The notes beneath the pieces were generated by a model. It did not search any database. It was not told the DNA's origin and worked only from the letters and a program-made list of their open reading frames with translations. From Pelomyxa schiedti (taxonomy: Eukaryota; Protista; Evosea), in assembly GCA_020536535.1 (NCBI GenBank), contig JAHLWZ010000183.1:1-64000 (forward strand): a stretch of DNA of 64,000 nt. The letters run 5' to 3'. Shown here in pieces: positions 13,837 through 24,911 of this stretch. The number at the start of each line of letters is the position of its first letter. Within the stretch, counting starts at the first letter, position 1. Made by a program: the position numbers and the translations under genes.

Positions 13837-14784
13837 AGCACAAGCACCACCGCAACCCCAAACTCAACCCCAGATCCAAGCAAAAATTCAATCACAAGTA
13901 CAATCCCAAGCTCAAACACAACAGCCATCCCCCTCACCACAGACAGTGCCGACTCCTCAATTACAACCACAAGCTCCACCCAAACTTATTGAAGCAACCA
14001 CTGTACAAACTAGGGCACCAATGCAACAGGTCCGGCAGCAGGTACAAATGCAGCCACTTCACACAGAGCCACCTCAAAATGAATTGCACAGTACACCGAC
14101 ACAAACACTTACCAAGGGTAAAGCAACGCCGGATACACAACCACAAATACCAAGCAAACTTCTGAGTCAGTCCCAATTGCAACTCCTACAATGGTCTCGT
14201 AAAATCAAAGAGGTCTCCATTGGTATACCAAGTATGGTTCTATTTCCTTGAAACTGCACACTAAATCTGAGCTAATGCTTAAACTTGAACAGCAATCCCG
14301 ACCTTACCTGATGCAGTTTCCCTTATGCCTGCCCTCGAACACATCTGGACTCTCATTGGCGAACTTCATAATGATGTTGAAACCTGTTATAATCTACTCA
14401 ATAGGCCAATTAACAATTACCCCCCACTACTCTGTGCCTATCAGACATCCCTACTCAAGACCATCAAACAAATTAAGCTAGTAAGTAGCTTTGGCAAAGC
14501 TCCATCCACATTTCTAATAATTCCTATAGATTCTAGAATTCCCAAAGCGAGACCCAGTAGTCCTATACATGTACCACATCACTGAACCTCCACTCCGGAT
14601 AAGTTCAACAACGGAGGTGTTTCAGCAGATACAAACATACATGATAAGAATGAGGGAGGGTGTTTTACTAGCCACAAACAAAGAGGACCTCTGTGCCACT
14701 ATCCATACAATGCGTAAACTTATGGTTGTCCTGAGGAAAAGAGAGCTTGAAGAGCTCACTGACCTCCAATCAATTGAATTGTAA
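11118..14784 (+). CDS. RhoGAP-domain protein with long Pro-rich, acidic and Gln/Ala-rich tail
   Basis: GMEESGIFRISGQ (arginine finger), HTVAGVLKLYLRQLPEPIL, NSMTAANIATCLAANIL. Downstream Pro-rich and acidic exons, a QA repeat and a helical C-terminus ending ...DLQSIEL*. The start codon is inferred. Confidence 0.85.
13787..13846 (+). repeat. (CAGGCA)8(CAAGCA)2 coding microsatellite encoding a (Gln-Ala)n tract
   Basis: Read directly from the sequence. Confidence 0.95.
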
Positions 14785-14913
14785 CAATCCAAAAAAAAAA
14801 ATCTCATTCACTTGCACATTCTTAAATCGGTAGTGGTTGGGGGACTGTTGAGGCTGTGAACAAAAAAAAAAGTGGTGGACAGAGAACTTTGTTTTTTGGG
14901 TTGTGTTTTCTGA

Positions 14914-16821
14914 TTACCAAGTATAAACCCAGGAGTAGGAAACAACATTGGAGGAGGTTGGACTGCCAGCCCATATTCCACCCTCTTCCATCATACACTT
15001 GACACCAGCCGCGTCATACGTGTCTCCATTGCGCCAAACAAACCTCATTCCATTGGAGAACATCAAGGGGTCCATCTCGTGGAACCTTTGGTTGGTTGTG
15101 AGGGGAGTGACGATAGTGATTGATTCTCATTTTAGGGAAGATACCGGTATGCGGAGAAGTAGATTCGGCCCCCACTCTCGGCGTAGTGAGTATAGCCAGC
15201 AACAGGCAAGTGGAACTCTCCAGCGTTGAAATACCAACCGGAATCTGAGGATAGTGAGTGAACTGGGAAAAAAAACAACACCTCCATTACCATAGTAATC
15301 TTCAGTTCCTGTGCTCAGAACAGTCCCCGGCCAGTCCTCATCATTAGTGAACATGTGGTAGCAACCCTACGTGATGATAAGAAAAGGAGTATCCAAGACT
15401 ACTGGGTGCCGGACATACCTCCAAGAAGTTCAAGTTTCCAGAGTCGACTTGAAGTGTATGGAAGAAAACCATACCAGCCCCAGACTTTATATTCACGAAG
15501 TCGACGTACTCCATGGATGAAAGAGTACCTGCACAAATAGAGATACATCAGGATACTGAGATGACTAGGACAGATGAATACCTTCCCATTTCACCAATGT
15601 CAATTTAGTGGTAGAAGGGAGTGTCAATGAGCCAAAGTGGATAGGAAGGTCTGAGCAAGGATATAAGATGAATGTGGGGAACCCTATTCATACTGGTTTG
15701 TCCGCGAACAATAACATAAAATCCCCCCTACAAAAAGAAGCATTACGAAAAGTACAGAAAATAAGGTGCCCTTACTTGGTCAGAAACTGTGTGCTGTACT
15801 GTGACAACGATTGACCGCTGGAAAGGAATCATAATGTTATTGAACCAACTGCCATCAGCTGCACCCTTGCCTACCCACTGAGTGCCCCAAGGTGCTTGCT
15901 AATGTGGCTATAAGAACATCAAAGGAATGGTATTGTTTACACACGTTATCGTTATACCCAACTCCACAAGCCAATCCAGGCTGGTATTCAACAGAAGCTG
16001 TTGCCTCCCCATCTATGTAGTACCTCACGATCATGTTACTTTCTACATTTGATGGAATTGTCATCCAGAAGTGTGTCATTACTCCCTATTGAAGTGGGGT
16101 AAGAATTAAATGTCGGATTCCCAGTTACATACATAGTCACCAGCTGCCAACCAATGTTGGAATACAATCCACTCTTTTGCACTGTGAAAAAGTCAGGGGA
16201 CTTAGACATCGAAGAATGATTACTGAAGAACGCCATTGGAATAGCCAAATCCAAATGTGGTTTCTGATGCCGATGGAGCTTCACATCTAATGACGGTAAG
16301 TGGAAAGGAAAACATCATACTTCATATCACCTGCAGAGCCTCTTCACAGTTGAGTAAGATACACCACAAACTACTCCACCAGGAACAGAGGTGTAGCCTG
16401 TGAAAGATGAGCTTTTATAAATAGGATTATAATATGTATTCAGTGCGTCTAAAAAGAGGGATAGATCACCAAGGCATCTCCCATAATTTGCGTCGCTCGG
16501 ATCAGAGACGTAGCTTGGTTGATCCTCAGCCCACCACTCCCTAGTATCCTCGGTACAAGAAATTCCAAGTTGGTGGAACAAAGCCGCTGAATTGTTGGTC
16601 TCAATATGCTACATTCCAAACGAGAAAAAAAAAGGTATGTCAGTGGCGAAGGCTTTTGTTTTTCTCCCTCCCCTAAGTAGGAATGCGGAGGTCACCGGAT
16701 GGCAGTTTAATTGCCTCTTGTGGCAGGCGTAGGCGCAAGATTCGCCCTGCTCACTCATCAAGTACGTGGTTTCTCCATACACCACAACCGCAAAAAAAAG
16801 AACCAGCACCAACCCCCTCAT
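14914..16821 (-). CDS. Secreted DUF2961 (GH172-like) protein with Cys-rich N-terminal module
   Basis: Signal peptide MRGLVLVLFFAVVVYG. Cys-rich segment, then GVMTHFWMT...IVRYYIDGEATASVEY...NNIMIPFQRS...SGNLNFLEG...VLSTGTEDYY...YRFHEMDPLMFSNGMRFVWRNG...YSWVYTW*. Confidence 0.8.
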
Positions 16822-17205
16822 CTCAGACGGTTTATTTTTGTTTTTATGGCGATTCGTTCAAGAAAGAACTGAAGAAAGGATTTTTCATTTTCAAAGAAAA
16901 AAAAGTAGTCGAGTACAGCAGAGTGTTACCATAGACTAGAGATCCCAGGCCCACGTCTAAGCCAGTGGGACCATTTCTTCTATTGGTCGGATCTAGCTCA
17001 CACCAAAAATCACCAGAGGTTCTCTCACGGCAACCAACGGTAGAGTGTTGTGTCGCAAAGGTTTTCTGCTTCTTCGCATCCCTCCCTCCGAGTTCCACTT
17101 TTTATGGGCCATTATGGGTGAAAGAGAAGGAAAAAAAATCCAAAAATAGCAGTACAAGACAGAGAGGCGAGATTGGGCGTGGGTAGATCTCGAGGTACAT
17201 AGCAC

Positions 17206-18949
17206 CTAGTTGTCAGAGGTTGTCATCGTTGCTGTTGCTGTTGTTGTCGTCGTCGTTGTTGTTGTTGCCGTTGGGGATGAATCTGCCGTTGTGGATTGTG
17301 TTTCGAGCTCTGTTTCTGGTTCCAGATCGGCTGCAGTCATGTCGTCGTCATCGTTGCCATTGAGGGTGTCCATCTCGATCTCTGTGAGCTGGGGCCCGTG
17401 GAATAGCTTAGATCGGACAAGCCGGAGTTGCAGAACTATGAACTTCCAGTGCTCAGCACCGTAGAAGAGCTATTCTGAAGTGAGTGGTGTAAGTATGTGT
17501 CTTTTTTTTGGAAATTACAGAGTTTAGGAAGCCCTGAGACTCCTGGAAAATGATGTGTACTATCTGTAGAGATATTATTACATGTGACGACAATACAGAA
17601 AGAATGTTACTTGCATCCCCATTCCCTGTGCTCCTGGATCGGCATAGTTCCAAACCCGGTTGATTGTTGGAGGTACCTTTCAGTTGTGAAAAAGAAATTA
17701 ATGAAAACAACTTTCCGGCAGACCCCTTTGATCCGGCAGGGATTTGGTTGGGATATAAGTACCAATAATTTAGAATGGTTAACTAACGAATATAAAACGC
17801 ACATGTGATAAACAAGATTATAGGGTATGGCGACAGTTGCCTTAGCACTTTCTTCATGTATCTTCTGGTGAGTTCCGAGGCTTGCTTAGAGAGCTTTGAA
17901 CTCTTTCCGTGATGAGTTCCTAAATCTATACTTTGTGCCCTTGCACGTGTATCTTTGTAAACTCCTGAATAGGGATAAGTTCAAGGCATGCAGAAAATTT
18001 CGATTACGATGTGCAACAATTGCATAAATAACTGTGATGAATAAGAATGAAAACCACAATGGCACATAAACAAAATAAATTCGTTGTTCTATCCCGTTGA
18101 CCCAACACCATGCAACTAGAACAGTTAAGCTGGAGAGTATTGAAGGAAAAGGGAAAGGGACAAACCTACAACTCCATATCCATCGGCAATATCAAAGAGA
18201 GGAAGAATAGCCACAACGACTGCAGGTAGATAGGCCACAAGCATGAAGAGCCAATCTTTGAACCACCAGGTCTTCAAAGGCTTGAAATGCAAAATGGCCT
18301 GCAAAAACCTGCCGTTTAGTTCCGGTAAGTGCACTCAAGTTTTTTTGTTATTTGTTGCAGTACATCACAATCGCAATATTGTCAACCCATATGAAGCTAG
18401 CCAGCAACCCTGTTTGATGTCCGAAACCTGTAACCTGGAATGGATAAAATACTTACTATTACATCTAGCTTCACTTACATTGCACAAAGTGTCTGGAGTG
18501 TGCCCACCAGAAGCGATGTATGAACTCAATGAAATAGTGATACATGTCTAATCACTTGTATAAGGTGGAGTTTCCTTCCCGTATCCCCACTCTAAATCCC
18601 ACTATGGCTTACCACTGATAGTAAGTCGCATGCACACAAGTTTACAATCATCCTGGACCTGAAATTTCTAGCCCTTTTCAAGAAGAAGCTTGAAACATAT
18701 TAGCATTGTGAGTGTCATCCTCCCAAACAAGTTCCCAACCCTCAACCATAGATGATAGAGTTTCATACAAGCACAATATTACAAAAGAACTTCCTAAAAG
18801 CGATAGTAAAGCAGACACCAGACCCACAATTGCCACGGCGTAATACTGTAGGTACAGGCATTAAGTTACGAGGACGAAACAACCAAAATCACCTTTGGGT
18901 GTTCGGGCTCATTGGGGCTGCTACTAAGGCTTAACGAGGATGAGTTCAT
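17206..18949 (-). CDS. Seven-transmembrane GPCR, cAMP-receptor-like (CAR/Crl) family
   Basis: TM1 YAVAIVGLVSALLSLLGSSFVILC; RSRMIVNLCACDLL; LASFIWVDNIAIVMY; WLFMLVAYLPAVVVAILPLF; YGVVG..AWCWV; YVPLW. Acidic Thr-rich C-terminal tail. Confidence 0.8.
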
Positions 18950-19072
18950 TACCTTTTCTTTTGAAAAGAAAATGTGACAAAAAACCGATTCTCTTCTGTG
19001 GATTTGGAGACTTATTTGGGGTTAGAGCTTTTAACAGTACAATAGGTTTCAAACAACTCTGTAGTATTCACA

Positions 19073-21109
19073 TCATTCCGCCTGGTGACGAGAGAATGAC
19101 CTGTAGTGGGCAGGGTGCAAGGTGACCTCGGTGCAATTACTAGTTGTTACTGGTGGAAGGTGGATGCCTTTTGAGTGGTTGCTTTGATTCCGGTTATTTA
19201 CAAGTGCTTGTGCCTGTGCTCGTTGTGCCTGCTGCATGTGGGATTCTTGCATTAGTCTCTGGCAGTTGCAGGTTTCAGCAAAGTGCTTAAAGAGACTGAT
19301 GAAGTCCATGTTGTATGTGCTGGTTTCTGGGAGGCTATTGACCGAGTCACATAGTGAAGGAGGAGAATGGGTTGAGGTAGAGGTAATGGTTGTAGAGGAA
19401 GTGGATGTTGTGGTAGAGGAGATGGTTGGGGTCGGGATAGCGGTTGCAGTGGCAGTTGCAGAGCTACTGGCAACATCTCGTTGCAGTGTAATACTTATAC
19501 CATTTCCACTGGGTGTGCTGCTGCTACTGTTGCTATTGGATTCTGTGCTTACTTCTTGAGTGTAAGTTGCTGGAGTATGTGTTTTGTGAGAGGAAGTGTG
19601 CTTATGAATTTTCTGAGAGGGTGGTTTAAGGCAATGAAACTGCAGGGAATGGAAATGCTTATCCAAGTATAACAATTGGAGTAGATAACCTGGCTCAGGA
19701 AAAGAAGCATGGAATGCAAGTTTGAAAGTGGAAACAGCCTCTGAAATCCTCAATCTAAGAGCGGCAATCATATATGCGAGCACAATAACAGAGCCCTGGT
19801 TCGTCCCGGAAGGAAGTCCGTCGTGTATTAGCAATAAGGGTGTCTCATCACTGTGGGTCTGACCTTTGACCATGCCATCAATGAAATCAAAGCAGCGGGG
19901 CAGAGCATCAATTAGTTTCCCTTTTCCTTTCCCGGAATGAGACATATGTACTCGTAGAAGGTGAAGGCCGCGAGTGTGGCTATAGCTTGTACACGTACAC
20001 ACGCCGCACACTCCACCGCACTTGCACGTTGAGTTGGACGGGTTGGCACCAGGGTAAGTCGAGTCAGCACTTTTTGCAAGTATCTTCCCATTTGTGTGTT
20101 CATGGTGGCTAACTTCACTTCTGTTAGAAGCTACAGGTGCGCTGTGCTGATGTAAATCTAGACCTAAAGCATTGGTCAAGTTATAGAGCAGAGAACTAGC
20201 AGCCTGTGACATCTGTGTTACATTACCAGCTGACTTGTGTAACGAAGAGGAGGTATTATCCTCTTGTGGGATAGGTTGTGTATTGCCAGTACTGTGCCTT
20301 CTAGGCCTTGGAGAAAGTTGGGTATTTGGAGTATTTGGTTTGGTCAGGGTGAAACTGGTCTTTGATATCTTAGAGAGGGTACCAGAAGGTGTTGGCGCCG
20401 TTTGGCAACTTGTTGTAGTCTGTGCTTGCACTTGCGACGTGCCACTGAGTGGAGCGAATATTGGGATATCGCGCTCTGACTTGGAAGAGCTGACACATAA
20501 AACGTGGGTAATTTTGTACGCACAGAGGAGTTGGTGCAAGTTGTGAGTGTAGGTATCTACAGTAGTACTGGGAGAGGCGTTTCCGGAAAGGAGGTTAGGG
20601 GAAGACCGCCGCGGAATACCCAGATTCCCAACACAAATGTCAACACCAGCTAGGTGCAAAACATTGACGAAGCACAAAGAGGCCTTTCCAAAGGTTGCAT
20701 GGAGCCGGTGCCCCTTTTGCACCTCAGAAGCAAGTAGACGAGGTGGGTGCACTGCGTTCGGAGAGAATGCACCGTTACTAGAACCAGGGGGAGCTCCAAA
20801 ACTTGTGGTGGTGGAAATGGCAGGTTTGCTGGCGTTGTGCCGAGGGGCTGGTGGCGGCGGCGACGGCAGCAGACCACGTGTATGAGGCATTTTGGATAGC
20901 GGCTTAAGAGCCGGGGCAACTAGTGCAGGCGACGAGGTCTGCCTAGCGGGAGTCGGGACTTCGGAAGTGTGCCAATTGGGCTGGCTGTGGTGAAGATGGG
21001 GATTGACAGGGTGCAAGTAGTCGAGATCTGGCAAAGTGGGTAGGCCGGTACAGCGGCTGCCCTTATTGTTTCTGCTGTTGCAAAGCTCAGATCCGTCAAA
21101 TGGGTGCAT
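19073..21109 (-). CDS. Dual-specificity-phosphatase-like protein, probably catalytically dead; intronless
   Basis: 678-aa ORF. DSP-like segments ICVGNL, YKITHVLCVS, LIDALPRCFDFID, LLIHDGLPSGTNQGSVIVLAYMI, FPEPGYLLQL. The HCX5R motif is replaced. Confidence 0.7.
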   Translation of the reverse strand: MHPFDGSELCNSRNNKGSRCTGLPTLPDLDYLHPVNPHLHHSQPNWHTSEVPTPARQTSSPALVAPALKPLSKMPHTRGLLPSPPPPAPRHNASKPAISTTTSFGAPPGSSNGAFSPNAVHPPRLLASEVQKGHRLHATFGKASLCFVNVLHLAGVDICVGNLGIPRRSSPNLLSGNASPSTTVDTYTHNLHQLLCAYKITHVLCVSSSKSERDIPIFAPLSGTSQVQAQTTTSCQTAPTPSGTLSKISKTSFTLTKPNTPNTQLSPRPRRHSTGNTQPIPQEDNTSSSLHKSAGNVTQMSQAASSLLYNLTNALGLDLHQHSAPVASNRSEVSHHEHTNGKILAKSADSTYPGANPSNSTCKCGGVCGVCTCTSYSHTRGLHLLRVHMSHSGKGKGKLIDALPRCFDFIDGMVKGQTHSDETPLLLIHDGLPSGTNQGSVIVLAYMIAALRLRISEAVSTFKLAFHASFPEPGYLLQLLYLDKHFHSLQFHCLKPPSQKIHKHTSSHKTHTPATYTQEVSTESNSNSSSSTPSGNGISITLQRDVASSSATATATAIPTPTISSTTTSTSSTTITSTSTHSPPSLCDSVNSLPETSTYNMDFISLFKHFAETCNCQRLMQESHMQQAQRAQAQALVNNRNQSNHSKGIHLPPVTTSNCTEVTLHPAHYRSFSRHQAE

Positions 21110-21580
21110 CTCTCATCTGAAGGCCTACACAGTACGAAACACACGTGTCAACCATACAGACGTTTGATTGTTTATTTTATGAAAAAGTACAGGGGTGAAG
21201 GCAAACATGCCAATAGCAAAAAACCGGTAAAAATGGGGATCTGAATCAGCGCGGCCCGGATTCGGTTTGTTTCCCGAATGTCAAAACGACACGGTGTTTG
21301 TTTGTTTGGCGGGTATGTGTGGTGCCCCTGTTGTTGGCTTTGTTTTTTGTTTTAATAATGGATATGGCGGCTTCTCGTTTAGCTTTTATGGGTCATCCAC
21401 TCTGCATCTCTTGATGTTTCCGTTCCACGGCGAACGGTGAATGACATTCTCATGGACATTTACGATAACTGGAAATTTTTTCCACAATTACTGGCCCTTG
21501 TTTTAGTGCCGAATTGATGAACTAACCGCTCCCAAGGTTTTGTTACGCCCCACATAAGTTTAGAAACTTCGTCGGTTGGC

Positions 21581-24329
21581 ATGGATTCCACTGCCTGCTG
21601 GGGGGAATCTGTTGCCGACGACGTCTGGCTGCAAGTCGCCTCGTTTGTCGATTTTTGTACTTGCTCGTCGTTGTTGGTTTGTTGCAGACGATACCACAGG
21701 CTTTTGTCCTCCTCCAAAGCTTCACGTGTGTGTGTGTGTGGGGGGGGGTTTTTTTTTTCTTTAACTTTCCTCCCTTCTTTCGTTCTCCCTCTCGACATGC
21801 AACATCAATTGTTTGTCGTCGATGGAGTGTTTTCGTTCATTTCCTTGCTTTGTTAGTCCTCATTTCTTTGTTTTGGTCTTTTTTCTGGCAGTTGACATTT
21901 GGAAGCGACACTTTGATTGGTTGATTCGCGAGTTGCCGTCGCAACACAGGGAGTCTATTGAAGGAAAGAACGCAGAAGCGCATTATCTTGACAGAATACG
22001 ATTTGCATTGCGCGTGCTAAAGAATTCCAAATCTAATCACCTCTGTATTTGGTATCGCGATACCAAATACCCTTTTTGATTTCTCAATACAAAGAAAGGT
22101 CAAGTAAAAAGGGTCTCCTGCACATTCTAAGGGACTATTCATTACCAGAACTGAACGAAGCAGACTCGTTTGGCTCCAGACCTCTACTGGCAGCTTGTGC
22201 AAATGGACAACTGCATGCACGCCCATTTTCCTTGCTAAACCACTTTCTGACTACATTCAGGTGGTGAAGTACATGGTTAACCAAATGCACGTTACCATTG
22301 AAACGAAGTCTGGCTCGTTCTCCGGAGTTGTTGCGCTACCAGATGCCCCTTGCTCTGAATATGTGGAGCAGGACTCTTCTTTAGTTACACCCGTCATAGC
22401 CGCTTGTATTGGTGGTCATGAGGATGTAACCCGATTTCTTTTAGAATCTGGCGCGGATCCGTTACACACAACCGTGGATGGGGAGAATGCTATAACGCAA
22501 GCCTCGATGCATAACAATCCAAAGCTCATGAAACTCTTACTGGACAATGGTTGTTCTGCAACCTATTCTGGTATTTTCAACAGCCCGTTCTATTACGTCT
22601 AGCTTTGAACCAGTTCCCGCGAGTAGATATACACCTTTGCATAATGCCTCTAAACTTGGACATAGCTCTGTGTGTAAATTGTTACTGATGCACGGTCAAC
22701 AAATAATTCTAACAATCTTATGATAACCTAACACGTTTTTTCTCTGAAGGGGCACAAGTGGATGCCACCTCCAAAGATGGAAAAACTCCTCTATATTTGG
22801 TTTGCTATTCTTGTGACTCCAATTTACTCCCCACCTCCAAGGCGTGCAAATATGGTCGCCGAAGTGTAGTTGAGGTGCTAATGGAGTTCTACCCTAGAAA
22901 ATTATCATTGGAGGAGATCTGTTTTGTGTGTCATCTTGGTACAGGAGCTTTGTAGTAATCAAAATTCAAATTTACATACCTAGGTGAGGTTCCAGTTCGA
23001 ACTTTGTGTACGTGCTCTGATACTTACACGTGCCTGAAAGCAGCTATACTGTGTAACAGAGCATCCATAGTACAACAAATTATACAGGAATATCCTGAGG
23101 TAGTATTGCGTTTTGGCGCCTTCTAAAGACAGAAACAGATCCTGAGGAAAGAAAACGATTTAATGTCTCTCTTATCAATTGCTGTTGCTTGTCAATCGGA
23201 AGGGTGTTCTCAGTTTAGTTTGTTTCGTTCTTTTCTTACAATCACAGTACCTTAGATTACCATTATTTGACAGTATCTGGGAGTCAACAGCTGGTACAGA
23301 GCTATCATTCTTGTCCCCATTAGCACTGAGCACACTGATGAGTAGGGGAGGAATTTTCCTTTGTGTACTAACCAAGCTTGGTTAGGGCAAAGCTTCGGTG
23401 TTTGTAACGTTTCCTTACGGTACCTCCTACGAATGGCTATGACGCACCTCAAACCAGAGGTGGTCACAATTAGCGGTCCTCCAAAATCTGGTTTGCAACC
23501 TCCGTTCTCTTAGTTTCCTTCCTTTAAATACCGCTATGCAGGAAAGACCGAAGCTGTGCATTCTTTATGTAATGAAGAACAACGTACTGTTTTTTGCGTT
23601 TCTTTTTCTAGATTGAGGCAATTGTATCTCGAGCAACCAAACAGGTATTACCCTAGGATATGAAATGCTTATTTCACATCGTGCAGGGACTACCTTTTTT
23701 CAGAAATAAGGAGACTATGGGATCAATCTCGTGGCACTGAAAAGGCTGCTATACTGTTGGACAAACCAGAGGAGTTTCTTTCATTGGCAAAGAACTCTGG
23801 TTCGGAGTCGGAGTTAATTTTCTCTGCTGCCTTTATGTGCCTAGTTAGTGAGATTGATTGCTATGCCTCACCAAAGTGTAAGGTGTGATCACTGTTTAGG
23901 GTATCATCTTCTTGTAACAAAATGCACAAGGTTTTTTTGGAAACAACGGCACCCGAATATGTTATAAGCGACATTCCTTCCTATGCAAGACGAGAGAATT
24001 TCCGGCTCACAACTCAGTTGACACCATCCGAATCACGTGAAATACTAACTGCAACTGCTGAACGTTATGCCACTGGAATCTTTTCCCAGGAGCAACTGTT
24101 TTCTCATCCCTCACACAATGGCCAATCCTGCCCTATTGGTGCAGAATGGACCATAGAGCGATGCATACAATGCGAATTGGATGCCTACTATGTTATCAAC
24201 CTTGCACTGGAATTTGCCAAAACCTCTACTGAATCCACACACAACACCAGCAACCCCATATGCACAGCACTGTATGTTCGTGGGCTCTATAGAGAGTCCC
24301 AAACCCAACAACTTCCTCTCTTGCATTAA
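21581..24329 (+). CDS. F-box-like + ankyrin-repeat + P-loop-like protein
   Basis: N-terminal VADDVWLQVASFVDFCTCSSLLVCCRRYHRL. Ankyrin repeats (SRPLLAACANGQL, TPVIAACIGGHEDVTRFLLESGAD, KTPLYLACKYGRRSVVEVL). Spliced VTISGPPKSGKT. Confidence 0.75.
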
Positions 24330-24476
24330 TACAACATCTTGTGCCATTCCAAAAACAACCCCTCAAAAATCGTCTTTGGCCCCAACCGATTTAGAAACTC
24401 CGCTTTTTCTAATTCCAAGGGCCCGAAAGAACGAAAAACAAGATTAAAAAAAACCATAAAATAAAGATCTCAAGGG

Positions 24477-24880
24477 ATGGCCGCGACGACACCGGAACCG
24501 GACCGGGGGCGTGACGCTGATACGGTAACTACGACAAGCTCCGCGTCGTCTATCGTTCAGTCTCTGTCTTATCCTGGTGGCAAATCGTTAAGTATGGCTG
24601 ATATTTTACTGGGCTGTTTTTTTTTTTTCGCCTGCTTTTCTTTGTAGTGGAGGCAGTCTTTTATTACTATAAACAAACCAAGCGGAACTCACACTCACTC
24701 TCCGTAGAGGGAGGTTTCCAGCTTGAATTGGTCTCTACTTCGTTTTCTCTGCCTGTTGCACTCGGTAGTGTGATGATGATAGACTGCAACAATGACCTTA
24801 TTATTGCAACTCCTACCAGTATAACGAAATTCACACCTGCTGACACTTTGCAGTGCGCAGCGTATGCGAACCCCTTCTTC

Positions 24881-24911
<31 letters not shown>

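Noticed and set aside
13656-14165. HRHRHR and LCLCLC repeat ORFs
   Set aside because: Alternative frames of the CAGGCA microsatellite. The QA frame continues the RhoGAP gene.
24460-24476. GATCT/GATCC just upstream of several start codons as a core promoter motif
   Set aside because: A 5-mer with this degeneracy is expected by chance in spacers of about 200 nt. It would need a genome-wide enrichment test.
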